From the NCBI GenBank assembly GCA_041666185.1, contig JBAYHL010000002.1:1834-65833 (forward strand): 64,000 bases of DNA. Direction: 5' to 3'. Source of the stretch: Patescibacteria group bacterium (GTDB taxonomy: Bacteria > Patescibacteriota > UBA1384 > UBA12157 > JAENIV01). Every line of letters starts with the position of its first letter. Within the stretch, counting starts at the first letter, position 1. The notes beneath the pieces are model-generated. The model searched no databases and had not been told where the DNA came from. It saw nothing but the letters and a program-made list of their open reading frames with translations. Made by a program: the position numbers and the translations under genes. This document shows, one piece after another, positions 27,897 through 38,697 of the stretch.

Positions 27897-28958
27897 ATGA
27901 AAAAAATTCTTATCATTTTATTAGCTTTAATTATTGGTGGCGCCGGTGGTTATTTTACCTATAAGAAATTTTTTAAATCTAGTTCTTCTGGTACTCGGGT
28001 AGTAACAGCAGAAAATTACACAGAGGCTTTTATGTGGGGAGTAACCATGCGACCCAATGCTTTTGGTAATTATTCCGATGAAATTTGGCAAAAACAACTT
28101 AAAGTTGCCAGAAACCTAGGAGCAAAATGGGTGAGAATGGGTTGGAGCTACGATGCGTCTGACCAGTTTGGTTTTCATGATGCTATTTTTAAACTCATAA
28201 CAGATAACGGTCTAAATGTTTATTTAGTAATTGAACCTAATGGTAATTTTGAAGATGTAAGAGACCCTTATAAAGATGGCTATGACAATGCCTACAAAAT
28301 TTCTAGCAATTACAAGGGAAAAATTAAGTATTATCAGATTATGAACGAAGCTGGTAGCAATGCTATTAAGGGAGCGGGTTTTTCTGGTGAAAACGAATCC
28401 GATTACGATGAAGAAAAGTATAAGAGGACGAAAGAATGGTTAAGGGGAGCATCGGAAGGTGTTAAAAAAGGCGATCCAGATGCTTACCGAGTTTTAACTA
28501 GTCAATGGTTGCAAACAGGATTCTTGGAAAAACTTCAAAAAGATAAGGTTGAGTATGACATTATTGGTTGGGATTGGTTTTCTGATATGGAGTTAATGGG
28601 TGAGAAAAAACTTTCTGATGGCACTTTATTAATTGATAAGCTAAAAAGTTTTAATAAGCCTTTAATTTTGGCCGAAGTTAACCAACGACCTGACGGTAAA
28701 GATGGCCAGAAAGGGCAAGATGAGCCTGAGCAAGCAGAATTTATCAGAGAGATGGCAGAGTGGTCGCAAAAAAGTAAACTCAATGGTTTTTACGTTTTAG
28801 AGCTTTTTGACGTGCCAAATTCTGGTAAGGATTATACTGACTATTACGGTATTGTAGAAGTTAAAAAGAGTTCGTCTAGTGTGTATGTCCCCGGTACACC
28901 ACGTGAAGCGTATGGTGTGTATCAGGAAATTATTAAGAAATATAGCGAAGGCCAATAA
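27897..28958 (+). CDS. Secreted/anchored TIM-barrel glycoside-hydrolase-like protein (clan GH-A-like NE acid/base and E nucleophile candidates)
   Basis: N-terminal TM/signal. IMNEAG and LILAEVN are spaced as in clan GH-A. RBS AAAGGAG precedes the ATG. Assignment is tentative. Confidence 0.4.
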   Translation: MKKILIILLALIIGGAGGYFTYKKFFKSSSSGTRVVTAENYTEAFMWGVTMRPNAFGNYSDEIWQKQLKVARNLGAKWVRMGWSYDASDQFGFHDAIFKLITDNGLNVYLVIEPNGNFEDVRDPYKDGYDNAYKISSNYKGKIKYYQIMNEAGSNAIKGAGFSGENESDYDEEKYKRTKEWLRGASEGVKKGDPDAYRVLTSQWLQTGFLEKLQKDKVEYDIIGWDWFSDMELMGEKKLSDGTLLIDKLKSFNKPLILAEVNQRPDGKDGQKGQDEPEQAEFIREMAEWSQKSKLNGFYVLELFDVPNSGKDYTDYYGIVEVKKSSSSVYVPGTPREAYGVYQEIIKKYSEGQ

Positions 28959-29671
28959 TGTTTTTGTCGGTTATCATTCCGGCATACAATGAAGAAAAAC
29001 GTCTGCCAAAAACCTTAAAAAAGGTTAAAGAATATTTAAGTACTCAAAAATATGAATGGGAAGTTTTAATTGTTAACGACGGTTCAATCGATGGCACCTT
29101 CAAGGTGTCATCGGATTTAATTAAGGATTGGAAAAATTTTCAGTTAATCAACAATGAAGAAAATCAAGGTAAAGGAGCGGTTGTAAAACAAGGGATGTTA
29201 GAAGCCAAAGGTGATTGGCGACTTTTTATGGATGCGGATGGGTCAACGGATATTTTGGAAATTGAAAAATTATGGCCATATATTAAAGATTTCGAAATTG
29301 TTATCGGGTCAAGGTATCTAAACAAAGATTCTATTAAAATTAAACAACCTATAACAAGAAGGATTGTTTCGCGCTTAGGAAACTTCTTAGTCAGAATCTT
29401 ATTGGGCATTAAGTCAGTTGATACGCAATGCGGATTTAAATTGTTTTCTACTAAAGCTACTGAAAAAATATTCCCATTACAACAAATTATTCGTTGGGGT
29501 TTTGATGTGGAAATTTTGGCGATTGCTATTAAAAAAGGCTATAAGATTAAAGAAGTTGCTGTTGATTGGCACGACGCCGAAGGTTCAACAGTTAGAAAAA
29601 GCGCTATTTTTAAAACCTTAAAAGAGCTTATGCAAATAAAATGGAATATGGTTAAAGGAAAGTATCAATAA
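28958..29671 (+). CDS. GT2 polyprenol-phosphate glycosyltransferase (GtrB/DPM1-like)
   Basis: VIIPAYNEE...LIVNDGSIDGT, DAD motif and about 237-aa length. Confidence 0.85.
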   Translation: MFLSVIIPAYNEEKRLPKTLKKVKEYLSTQKYEWEVLIVNDGSIDGTFKVSSDLIKDWKNFQLINNEENQGKGAVVKQGMLEAKGDWRLFMDADGSTDILEIEKLWPYIKDFEIVIGSRYLNKDSIKIKQPITRRIVSRLGNFLVRILLGIKSVDTQCGFKLFSTKATEKIFPLQQIIRWGFDVEILAIAIKKGYKIKEVAVDWHDAEGSTVRKSAIFKTLKELMQIKWNMVKGKYQ

Positions 29672-29709
29672 GCTTTGCTTTTTTAGTTGTTTTAAGGTAT
29701 AATTATCAT

Positions 29710-30117
29710 ATGCAAAACTTGCTCCGTCGCCGGTTTGTCCGGCAATTTGTTAAATTTGGTTTAGTTGGTGTTAGCTCAACTATTATTGATTGGGGAATAT
29801 TTTATTTTTTGAATTTAACTTTTGGCATTTATTATTTAACAGCCAAAGTTTTGTCGTTTTCTGTAGCAGTTATTAATTCCTTTGTTTGGAATCGACGTTG
29901 GACATTTCGCTCAACTGACCCTAATCGTAATCGAGAATTTACTAAATTTCTTATTATTGCTTTGGTCGGTTTATTTATAAATGCTTTAATAATGTATTTA
30001 GCAGTTTCAATTTTTCATACAAGAAAAATTGTTGGTTTAATCTTTTCTACGGGAATTGTCACTTTTTGGAATTTCTTAGCTAATAAATTTTATACGTTTA
30101 AGTATTCACAAGCATGA
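29710..30117 (+). CDS. gtrA: GtrA-family small membrane protein
   Basis: 135 aa, 4 TM helices, FVKFGLVGVSSTIIDWGIFYFL signature. Adjacent to a GtrB-like GT2. Confidence 0.8.
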   Translation: MQNLLRRRFVRQFVKFGLVGVSSTIIDWGIFYFLNLTFGIYYLTAKVLSFSVAVINSFVWNRRWTFRSTDPNRNREFTKFLIIALVGLFINALIMYLAVSIFHTRKIVGLIFSTGIVTFWNFLANKFYTFKYSQA

Positions 30118-31235
30118 TGAAGATAGGTATTGATGCAAGAATGTATCGTTCCTCGGTCGCTGGAATCGGACGGTACTCGCAAAACTTAATCAAAAATCTT
30201 TTAGAAATTGATAATAAAAATCAATATGTTTTGTTTATGACTCCGGCTGACGCCGAAGAAATAAGAAAAAAGAAAATAGAGACAAGAAATACTAAAATTG
30301 TTGAAACAAATATTTCTCACTTTTCCCTTGCTGAGCAAACAAAGTTACCAAAAATTTTAGAAAAAGAAAAATTGGATTTAATGCATTTTTTAAATTTCAA
30401 TTATCCAGTTAGATATAAGGGAAAATTTATTTCTGTGATTCATGACCTAACTCTTCATTTTTACCCAGAAACTGCTAAAAAAACAAATTTCTTAAAAAGA
30501 GCTGCTTTCTCTTATGTAATGAAAAAAGCTTGTCAGAATTCGGCAAAAATTGTTTCAGTTTCCGAAAGTACTAAAAAAGATATTCTTAAAATTTTTCATA
30601 TTGACTCGAAAAAAATTAAAACTATTTATGAGGCAGCCGATGACAAGATTTTTAAGACAACTTCGGAGTCGGCAATCGAATCATTAAAACAAAAATATCA
30701 TTTAGATTTCCCTGTGATTTTAACAGTTGGTCAATTTAGGCCTCATAAAAATTTGCCAGGGTTAATAGAAGCTTTTGGTAAATTACGAAAAGAAATGCCA
30801 GCTAAATTAGTTATCTTGGGAAAGCAAGATCCTAAACATACTCGAGTGTATGAGGCTATTGACAAAACTAAGGCAAAAAGTGATATTGTAATGCCAGGGT
30901 TTGTTACGGATGAAGAGCTGTCTTTGTGGTACAAAGCAGCTTCAGTTTTTGTTTTTCCTAGTTTTTACGAAGGTTTTGGTTTGCCTGGGTTAGAAGCGAT
31001 GATGGCGGGTGCACCAGTAGTTGCTTCGAACCAAGCGTCTTTGCCGGAAGTTTACCAAGACGCGGCATTATATTTTGACCCCTTTAATACGGCAGATATT
31101 GCTGCTAAAATTAAAGAGGTAATATTAAATAAAAAATTACAAGAAAAATTAATAGAAAATGGCCGAAAGATTTCACGAAAATATTCTTGGAAAAAAACGG
31201 CCGAAGAAACATTAGATTTGTATAAACAAGTCTAG
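30114..31235 (+). CDS. Glycosyltransferase family 4
   Basis: EGFGLPGLEAMMAGAPVVAS EX7E motif. Confidence 0.85.
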   Translation: MMKIGIDARMYRSSVAGIGRYSQNLIKNLLEIDNKNQYVLFMTPADAEEIRKKKIETRNTKIVETNISHFSLAEQTKLPKILEKEKLDLMHFLNFNYPVRYKGKFISVIHDLTLHFYPETAKKTNFLKRAAFSYVMKKACQNSAKIVSVSESTKKDILKIFHIDSKKIKTIYEAADDKIFKTTSESAIESLKQKYHLDFPVILTVGQFRPHKNLPGLIEAFGKLRKEMPAKLVILGKQDPKHTRVYEAIDKTKAKSDIVMPGFVTDEELSLWYKAASVFVFPSFYEGFGLPGLEAMMAGAPVVASNQASLPEVYQDAALYFDPFNTADIAAKIKEVILNKKLQEKLIENGRKISRKYSWKKTAEETLDLYKQV

Positions 31236-31264
31236 AATAAATTGTTATTTTTACGGAGGTTTTC

Positions 31265-33259
31265 ATGTCCATCGAATCTTTAACTTATCTTATTGCCTTT
31301 GGTTCAGCTGGTTTAGCTATTATCTATGGTTCAATTTTAATTTGGCAAATTCTAAAAGCTGATGCAGGAAATGCAAAAATGCAAGAAATTGCTAAAGCTA
31401 TTCAAGATGGAGCAAAAGCTTATCTTAATCGTCAATACAAAACTGTTGCTTGGATCGCTCTTGTCATTGCCGTTATCTTGTATTTTACTTTAGGTTTAAA
31501 AACATCCGCTGGTTTTTTGATTGGTGCAATTCTCTCAGCCTCGGCTGGTTATATTGGTATGAATGTAGCTGTTCGGGCTAATGTCAGAACAGCTCAAATT
31601 GCTCATAAGGGTTTAGCGCCAGCTTTATCGATGGCTTTTCGTGGTGGGGCAGTTACCGGGCTTTTTGTTGTTGGTCTAGGTTTGATTGGGGTAACTGGCT
31701 TTTATATGGTTACACACGATGTCTCGGCTTTAATTGGTCTAGGTTTTGGTGCTTCACTTATTTCTATTTTTGCTCGTTTGGGCGGTGGAATTTATACTAA
31801 AGCAGCTGATGTTGGTGCAGATTTAGTTGGTAAAGTTGAGGCTGGTATCCCTGAAGACGATCCTCGCAACCCAGCTGTGATTGCTGACAATGTTGGTGAC
31901 AATGTTGGTGATTGTGCGGGAATGGCCGCCGACCTTTTCGAAACTTATGCTGTAACAGCAATTGCTGTAATGCTATTGGGTTCTTTAACCTTTGCTCAAG
32001 ATAAAGCTGTTTTGTACCCTTTGGCTTTGGGTGGAGTAGCAATTATTTCCTCAATTTTAGGAACATTTTTTGTTAGACTCTCCGGGAAAAAAATTATGAA
32101 CGCTTTATACAAAGGTTTGATTTCTTCAGCAATTTTGTCAGCTATTGGTTTTTATTTTGTGACAAATTACTTCATGACAGGTGTTGCGGAAAACATTGGC
32201 AATCTTTACTATGCCAGTCTTATTGGTATTGTTGTTACTTTAGGAATGGTAATTATTACTGAATATTATACTTCAACTAAATATGGGCCAGTAAAAACAA
32301 TCGCTGAAGCATCGCAAAGTGGTCATGGAACTAATATTATTGCCGGATTAGCAACTTCTATGAAAGCAACCGCCTGGCCAGTAATTCTAATTTGTGCGGC
32401 AATTTTAGGTTCTTATGCCTTTGCTGATCTTTATGGTATTGCTATTGCCGCTTTTTCCATGCTTTCAATGACAGGTATTATTGTCGCTATCGATTCCTAT
32501 GGTCCAATTACTGATAACGCTGGTGGAATTGCCGAAATGGCAAATTTGCCAGAAGCTGTTCGAAATGTAACAGATCCTTTGGATGCGGTTGGTAATACTA
32601 CTAAAGCAGTTACGAAAGGTTACGCAATTGCCTCTGCAGGGTTAGCAGCTTTAGTTTTGTTTGCTTCTTATGTTCAAGATTTATCTCAAACTCACGGTAA
32701 TTTACCTTTTGAACTTACTAATCCAAAAGTGTTAATTGGCTTAATTATTGGTGGACTTTTACCTTATCTTTTCGCAGCTTTTTCAATGGAAGCTGTTGGG
32801 CGGGCAGCTGGTGCAGTTGTTATAGAAGTGCGACGTCAATTTAAAGAAATCAAGGGTTTGATGCAAGGTAAAGCAAAACCAGATTATTCTAAAGCGGTTG
32901 ATATTGTTACTAAATCAGCTTTAAAGGAAATGATTATACCAGCGCTTTTACCGGTTTTAGCCCCAATTGCTGTTGGATTTATATTAGGCCCAGTTGCTTT
33001 AGGCGGCCTTTTAGTTGGTTCTATTGTGACAGGACTTTTTGTGGCGATTTCTATGACGACCGGTGGAGCGGCTTGGGACAATGCTAAAAAATATATTGAA
33101 GAAGGTAATCTTGGTGGTAAAGGAAGCTTCGCTCATCAGGCAGCTGTCACAGGTGACACAGTTGGCGATCCTTATAAAGATACTGCTGGTCCGGCAATCA
33201 ACCCAATGATTAAGATTTTAAACATTGTTGCTTTGTTGATTGTAAAGTTTCTTAAATAA
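31265..33259 (+). CDS. hppA: Membrane-bound proton-translocating pyrophosphatase (H+-PPase)
   Basis: [20 protein letters not shown] and DNVGDNVGD motifs, about 16 TM helices. [10 protein letters not shown] has K at the K+-dependence determinant position. Confidence 0.95.
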   Translation: MSIESLTYLIAFGSAGLAIIYGSILIWQILKADAGNAKMQEIAKAIQDGAKAYLNRQYKTVAWIALVIAVILYFTLGLKTSAGFLIGAILSASAGYIGMNVAVRANVRTAQIAHKGLAPALSMAFRGGAVTGLFVVGLGLIGVTGFYMVTHDVSALIGLGFGASLISIFARLGGGIYTKAADVGADLVGKVEAGIPEDDPRNPAVIADNVGDNVGDCAGMAADLFETYAVTAIAVMLLGSLTFAQDKAVLYPLALGGVAIISSILGTFFVRLSGKKIMNALYKGLISSAILSAIGFYFVTNYFMTGVAENIGNLYYASLIGIVVTLGMVIITEYYTSTKYGPVKTIAEASQSGHGTNIIAGLATSMKATAWPVILICAAILGSYAFADLYGIAIAAFSMLSMTGIIVAIDSYGPITDNAGGIAEMANLPEAVRNVTDPLDAVGNTTKAVTKGYAIASAGLAALVLFASYVQDLSQTHGNLPFELTNPKVLIGLIIGGLLPYLFAAFSMEAVGRAAGAVVIEVRRQFKEIKGLMQGKAKPDYSKAVDIVTKSALKEMIIPALLPVLAPIAVGFILGPVALGGLLVGSIVTGLFVAISMTTGGAAWDNAKKYIEEGNLGGKGSFAHQAAVTGDTVGDPYKDTAGPAINPMIKILNIVALLIVKFLK

Positions 33260-33278
33260 GCTTTTAACAAATATAAAT

Positions 33279-33500
33279 ATGGCACAAAAAGGTGTTGAAG
33301 CAAAAATTATAGAGGTAGTGGAGGATAAAGCAGTTCTTGAAATTGAAAGACAGAGATTGGTTGTAGATTCCGACTGTTTGCCAGAAAAAGCTCTAGCTAA
33401 GGGAAAACTCAAATTGTACTTTTTAAATCCCGAAGAAACAGTTGCAACAGAAAAAAAATTAGCCAAAAATATTTTGGAAGAAATTTTAAACGGCAAATAA
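33279..33500 (+). CDS. Small hypothetical protein (DUF3006-like)
   Basis: 73 aa. Its beta-rich N-terminal half resembles the DUF3006 pattern. Low certainty. Confidence 0.35.
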   Translation: MAQKGVEAKIIEVVEDKAVLEIERQRLVVDSDCLPEKALAKGKLKLYFLNPEETVATEKKLAKNILEEILNGK

Positions 33501-33504
33501 TTGG

Positions 33505-35472
33505 ATGACGCTCAAAATAAATCTCAAAAAAATTAGGGGAAACTCAGGGAAAATTGCTAAGAAGCTTTGGAAAAATAAAATTTTTCAGAAGGTAGTTTTT
33601 GGTATTTTATTGGCAATTGTTGCTTTAGCAGTTTTCTTTTTTTCGTTTAATTTAACTTACAAAGATAAAATTTTCCCTCATACTTATATTGGTGGTGTTG
33701 ATTTTGGTGGCGCAACAAGAGTGGAAGCTCAGAGCAAACTCGAAGGTCTTATTTCTAGTTCACAAGATAAAAAATTGGATTATGTATGGGAAGAAAAAAC
33801 TTATACTTTAGGTTTAAGTGATCTAGGAGTTGATTACGAAAAATCTCGTGATAAAACTATTAACCAACTAATGTCTGTTGGGCGTACAGGACACTTAGGA
33901 AAAATTATTAATGAGACATTTCGCTCAGTTGTATCTTCTAACACTGTTTTAGCAAGTTTTGAATTAAACGAACAAAAACTTAATGAATATCTTACAAACA
34001 TTGCTAAAGATATAGATATCCAAGAAAAAGACGCCACAATCGAAATTAGAAGTGAACAGCTTGTTATTATTCCTGAGAAAATAGGTCGAAAGTTTGAAAT
34101 AAATACAAATAGACAAATTGTTTTTTCAAATCTTGGTAGTTTTAATTTTAATTCACAATTACCATTTGAAGTTTTGCAAGTTGTTCCAAAAATAAATTCA
34201 AAAATTGCCCAGGCGGCTATTGCCGAAACATTAGATTTAATGAAAAGAAATCTTGTAATGAAAGCTGCTAATAAAACATTTGAACTCAAGCCGGCCGACA
34301 TTACATCCATGATAGAATTTATTCCCCGACTTTCAAAAAAGAATGTTATAAATACGCCTCAAAACGCTATTAGCATTTATATTTTGTCCCCAGAAATATC
34401 ACCAGTTAAAGTTCGCGAAACAGTTGATAAAATTGCTGGCGAGGTTTACCAAGAGCCAAAAGACCCTAAGTTTCAAGTTACCGATGGTCGAGTGGCAAAT
34501 TTCCAGTTAGAACAAACTGGTTACGAATTAGAAAAAGATAAAGCAGTTGAACAGATAATTCAGGCTATTAATAACGATGAAAGCAGCTTGGATCTTCCGG
34601 TAAAAGTGACTGAGCCATCACTTTCTTCAGACGACCCGGAAAAACTTGGTCTAAAAGATTTAGTTAGTGAAGGTAAAACTTCTTGGAGAGGTTCACCGCA
34701 AAATAGAATTCATAATCTTAGTCTTGGCGCGGAAAAAATTTCTGGAACAATTGTCAAACCTGGTGAAGAATTTTCAACAATAAAAACTATTGGTGTAATT
34801 GACGGTACAACAGGCTTTTTGCCTGAATTGGTTATTAAAAATAGCACCCAAGTAACACCAGAATATGGTGGAGGGCTTTGTCAGGTCTCAACAACTTTAT
34901 TTAGAGCGGTTTTGAATGCGGGTTTGAAAGTTACCGAACGCTCAGCTCATTCGTTTAGAGTCAGTTATTATGAGCCGCCAGTAGGAATGGATGCGACAAT
35001 TTATGATCCAGCACCTGATTTTAAGTTTATTAATAATATGGATACACCAATTTTAATTTGGGCATATGCTGGTAATAACAGTCTAACATTCCAAATTTAT
35101 GGCACAAAAGATAATCGTAAAGTTGAGGTTTCCGATCCGGTTCTTTATGACTATACATCACCTGGGGAAGCAGTTTATACACAATCAGACTCAATGGCGG
35201 CAGGAGCTATTCGCCAAGTCGAAAGAGCAACTTCTGGTGTTTCAGCAAGTTTTAAATACAAAGTAATAAGTGCCGTTGGCCAAATTCTACAAGATGAAAC
35301 TTTTGTTAGTAAATACGTTCCGGTGCCTAATACTTATCTCTATGGACCGGGGACTGAAGGTATTCCAGGGCAAGATGCCGCTCAACCTCAAGTAGAGGCA
35401 ACCTCTGCGCCAGAGCCGGCACCAACAACACCTGCTCCAGAAGACCAAGGAAACATTAAAAAGAAGAACTAA
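33505..35472 (+). CDS. VanW-family protein with N-terminal TM anchor
   Basis: VanW core GGGLCQVSTTLFRAVLNAGLKVTERSAHSF. C-terminal Pro/Ala-rich tail. Confidence 0.85.
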   Translation: MTLKINLKKIRGNSGKIAKKLWKNKIFQKVVFGILLAIVALAVFFFSFNLTYKDKIFPHTYIGGVDFGGATRVEAQSKLEGLISSSQDKKLDYVWEEKTYTLGLSDLGVDYEKSRDKTINQLMSVGRTGHLGKIINETFRSVVSSNTVLASFELNEQKLNEYLTNIAKDIDIQEKDATIEIRSEQLVIIPEKIGRKFEINTNRQIVFSNLGSFNFNSQLPFEVLQVVPKINSKIAQAAIAETLDLMKRNLVMKAANKTFELKPADITSMIEFIPRLSKKNVINTPQNAISIYILSPEISPVKVRETVDKIAGEVYQEPKDPKFQVTDGRVANFQLEQTGYELEKDKAVEQIIQAINNDESSLDLPVKVTEPSLSSDDPEKLGLKDLVSEGKTSWRGSPQNRIHNLSLGAEKISGTIVKPGEEFSTIKTIGVIDGTTGFLPELVIKNSTQVTPEYGGGLCQVSTTLFRAVLNAGLKVTERSAHSFRVSYYEPPVGMDATIYDPAPDFKFINNMDTPILIWAYAGNNSLTFQIYGTKDNRKVEVSDPVLYDYTSPGEAVYTQSDSMAAGAIRQVERATSGVSASFKYKVISAVGQILQDETFVSKYVPVPNTYLYGPGTEGIPGQDAAQPQVEATSAPEPAPTTPAPEDQGNIKKKN

Positions 35473-35476
35473 TTTT

Positions 35477-37123
35477 TTAATTTTTCGAGGCAGTTTTTAA
35501 AAATTCCATAAATAATGGATGAGGACTAAGTGGACGGGATTTGAATTCTGGGTGGAATTGAGTAGCAATAAAGAAAGGGTGATTAGCAAGTTCGATAATT
35601 TCGACTAATTTGTTGTCTGGTGAAGTACCAGAAATTACCAATCCTTTTTGTTCTAATTGCTCGCGGTATTGATTATTAAATTCGTAACGATGGCGATGGC
35701 GTTCAGAAATAAGAGAAGAGAAAGAAGAAATAAGAGATTTATAGCAATTATATGTTTTTGTGCCTTTTTTAAGTTTACAAGGATATGCGCCTAATCGCAT
35801 TGAGCCGCCGTAATTATGTTCAAGCATCTTTTTTTCTTGATCGGGCATAATGTGGATGACCGGATTAGGTGTTTTTTCGTTAACTTCAGTTGTATGAGCG
35901 TTTTTGAGATTAGCAATGTTGCGAGCAAACTCAACGGTTGCTAATTGCATGCCATAGCAAAGCCCCAGAAAAGGAATTTTGTTCTCACGAGCATATTTTA
36001 TGGCTGAAATTTTTCCTTCAATCCCACGGCTGCCAAAGCCGCCTGGTACGCAAATACCATCATACCCTTTAATTATTTTAGCAATCTCTTGTTTTGAAGC
36101 TTTTTCCAAATCTTCAGCGTCAATCCAACCTATTTTTGGACTAACATTATTTTGCCAAGAAGCATGCTTAATTGCTTCAATCAAGGAAATATAAGAATCA
36201 GACAAAGTGTAATCACCAATTTTAGTATATTTCCCGACAATGCCAATTTTTACTTCCTTATTAGTTTTGTCAATATTAGTAATTAACTTTTCCCAATCTT
36301 TTAGATCTTTCTTTTTTGCTTTTAAATGCAATTTTTTTAAAATCTTTTCATCAAGTTTTTGCTCTCTGAATAATAAAGGGATCTTGTAAATTGTGTCCAT
36401 GTCCGGATTCGAAATAACGTTTTCTTTATCAATATTACAAAGCCAAGCAATACGCTCTTTTCTAGGATCATCAATTGTTTTTTCAGCTCTTCCGATTATA
36501 AAATCTGGCATAATTCCAGAACTTGATAATATTCTAACCGATGTTTGAACTGGTTTTGATTTCATTTCTCCTAGAAATGATGGAGTTGGTAAATATCCAA
36601 CATGAACATGGATAACATCTTCTTTGTCACGATATTTCATAATACGATTAGCTTCAATAAATAGAACATTTTGATATTCACCAACTGTGCCACCTACTTC
36701 AATAATCACCACGTCAGCCTTAGTTTCTTTTCCGGCTTGCTTGAAGCGCCTAATCATTTCTTCTGGTACATGTGGGACGATTTCTACATCCTCACCGTTA
36801 TACTCAAAAGCTCTTTCGCGTCTGATAATTTCTTGGTAGATTTGACCATTAGTAACATAGTTTGAGCGTTTTAAATCTTCGTTAATAAATCTTTCGTAGT
36901 TACCGATATCTTGATCGCATTCTACACCATCGTTAGTAACAAAAACTTCCCCATGTTCTTGGGGTCTTATTGTTCCAGCGTCAATATTCATATAAGCGTC
37001 ACATTTTATCGCTGTAACTTTTATCCCCCTTGATTTTAAAAGTAATGCGATACTGGCGGCAGTTATCCCTTTACCAAGTCCAGAGATAACACCACCTGAA
37101 ACGAAAATAAATTTTGTCTTCAT
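35477..37123 (-). CDS. pyrG: CTP synthase
   Basis: N-terminal FVSGGVISGLGKGITAASI and C-terminal glutamine amidotransferase domain GLCYGMQ. Confidence 0.95.
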   Translation of the reverse strand: MKTKFIFVSGGVISGLGKGITAASIALLLKSRGIKVTAIKCDAYMNIDAGTIRPQEHGEVFVTNDGVECDQDIGNYERFINEDLKRSNYVTNGQIYQEIIRRERAFEYNGEDVEIVPHVPEEMIRRFKQAGKETKADVVIIEVGGTVGEYQNVLFIEANRIMKYRDKEDVIHVHVGYLPTPSFLGEMKSKPVQTSVRILSSSGIMPDFIIGRAEKTIDDPRKERIAWLCNIDKENVISNPDMDTIYKIPLLFREQKLDEKILKKLHLKAKKKDLKDWEKLITNIDKTNKEVKIGIVGKYTKIGDYTLSDSYISLIEAIKHASWQNNVSPKIGWIDAEDLEKASKQEIAKIIKGYDGICVPGGFGSRGIEGKISAIKYARENKIPFLGLCYGMQLATVEFARNIANLKNAHTTEVNEKTPNPVIHIMPDQEKKMLEHNYGGSMRLGAYPCKLKKGTKTYNCYKSLISSFSSLISERHRHRYEFNNQYREQLEQKGLVISGTSPDNKLVEIIELANHPFFIATQFHPEFKSRPLSPHPLFMEFLKTASKN

Positions 37124-37208
37124 ATCTTTACTTTAAAGTATCAGTAAGGGCCAAAAGTTGTCAAATGTTTCGAGACATCTTAGAATAAATATTAGAAAGG
37201 TAAAAAAT

Positions 37209-38612
37209 ATGAAAATCAATCCTTATATTTTTCGTGGTTATGACATTCGAGGCATTGCAGGGAAAGATTTAAATGCGGAGATCGTCGAGACAATAGGTAA
37301 AGCATATGGAACATGGCTAAATAAAAAGGGAGTTAAAACGGCGGTAGTTGGGGCAGATTGTCGATTGTCAAGTGATGAGTATAGGCAGTCAGTTATAAAA
37401 GGCTTGGTTAGTACAGGGATTGATGTTTTTGATATCGGTATGACTTTAGTGCAGATAGTTTATTATGGTCAGTATCATTTTAATACAAAAGGTTTTGTTA
37501 TGATTTCGGCTTCACATAATCCAGCTGAATATAATGGATTCAAAATGGGGTCGGATTTTTCACAAACGATCGGAACAGAAGAAATACAGGAAATAAAAAA
37601 GTTAGCAGACGAAGGACAGTTTATAAAAGGTTCGGGTAAAGTTACAAAAGCAGATATTAGTGAAGCTTACTTAAATAAAATTTTAGAAAAAATCAAAATT
37701 GATCGAAAGTTTAAAATTCTGGTTGATTTTAACAATGCGACGGCAGCAAATTTCTTTCCGGCTTTAGCAAAAAAAATAGGGGCAGAATTAGTAAGTAAGT
37801 ATACTGAAATTGATGGCCATTTTCCTAATGGCACGCCAGATCCAACTGAAAAAAAATTAGTCGAAAGGTTAGCAAAAGAAACACTAGAGGTAAAAGCTGA
37901 TATAGGATTCACATTTGATGCTGACGGTGACAGATTAGGTGTGGTAGATGATAAAGGAACGATTCTGTGGAATGATGTTTTAGTAGCAATTTTTGCGGCT
38001 AGTGTTTTAGAAAATAATCCTGGGGCGGAAATTATTTATAACGCTCTTTGCTCTAAGGTGGTAGAGGAGACTATTAAAACACATGGCGGAAGGCCTCTGA
38101 TGTGGCGAACTGGTCATACATGGATCAAAGAAAAATTATTTAAAGAAAAAGCGCTGTTTGCGGGCGAACTGTCAGGTCATTTCTTTTTTGTTGATAAATT
38201 TTACGGGCATGATGACGGGTTTTATGCTGCTTTAAGATTGTTGGAATATTTATCAAATAAAGGAAAGCCATTTTCAGCGATATTACAAGAATTACCTAAA
38301 TACATTTCGAGCCCGGAAATTAAAATTGGTTGTGCTGATGACAAAAAAACTGCGGTAGTAGATAAAATGGTTGAGATAATGAAAGAAAGGTTTAGGGATG
38401 AAAAAATTAGTGATATTGATGGAATCAGAGTGGATTTTGCTGACGCAATGTTTATTGTGCGACAATCACAAAATGGTCCATATCTAACGGTAAAATTTGA
38501 GGCAAAAACGCAAGAACGGTACGAGGAGATGAAGCAAATTGTACTAAAGCTTCTAAAAAGTTCATCAGAAATAGATTGGGATGAAGGAGTTAACTTAGAA
38601 AGTCTTGAATAA
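37209..38612 (+). CDS. Phosphoglucomutase/phosphomannomutase (alpha-D-phosphohexomutase)
   Basis: Active-site SASHNP, four-domain length. ATG 37209 with an RBS is preferred over the upstream in-frame start. Confidence 0.85.
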   Translation: MKINPYIFRGYDIRGIAGKDLNAEIVETIGKAYGTWLNKKGVKTAVVGADCRLSSDEYRQSVIKGLVSTGIDVFDIGMTLVQIVYYGQYHFNTKGFVMISASHNPAEYNGFKMGSDFSQTIGTEEIQEIKKLADEGQFIKGSGKVTKADISEAYLNKILEKIKIDRKFKILVDFNNATAANFFPALAKKIGAELVSKYTEIDGHFPNGTPDPTEKKLVERLAKETLEVKADIGFTFDADGDRLGVVDDKGTILWNDVLVAIFAASVLENNPGAEIIYNALCSKVVEETIKTHGGRPLMWRTGHTWIKEKLFKEKALFAGELSGHFFFVDKFYGHDDGFYAALRLLEYLSNKGKPFSAILQELPKYISSPEIKIGCADDKKTAVVDKMVEIMKERFRDEKISDIDGIRVDFADAMFIVRQSQNGPYLTVKFEAKTQERYEEMKQIVLKLLKSSSEIDWDEGVNLESLE

Positions 38613-38697
38613 ATCTTGGTTAACTATTTAGGTAAAATCAAAAGAACTCATGGAAGAGAAAAGAGATGAGGTTTTAGAAATTATTAGGGTCTAAAAG

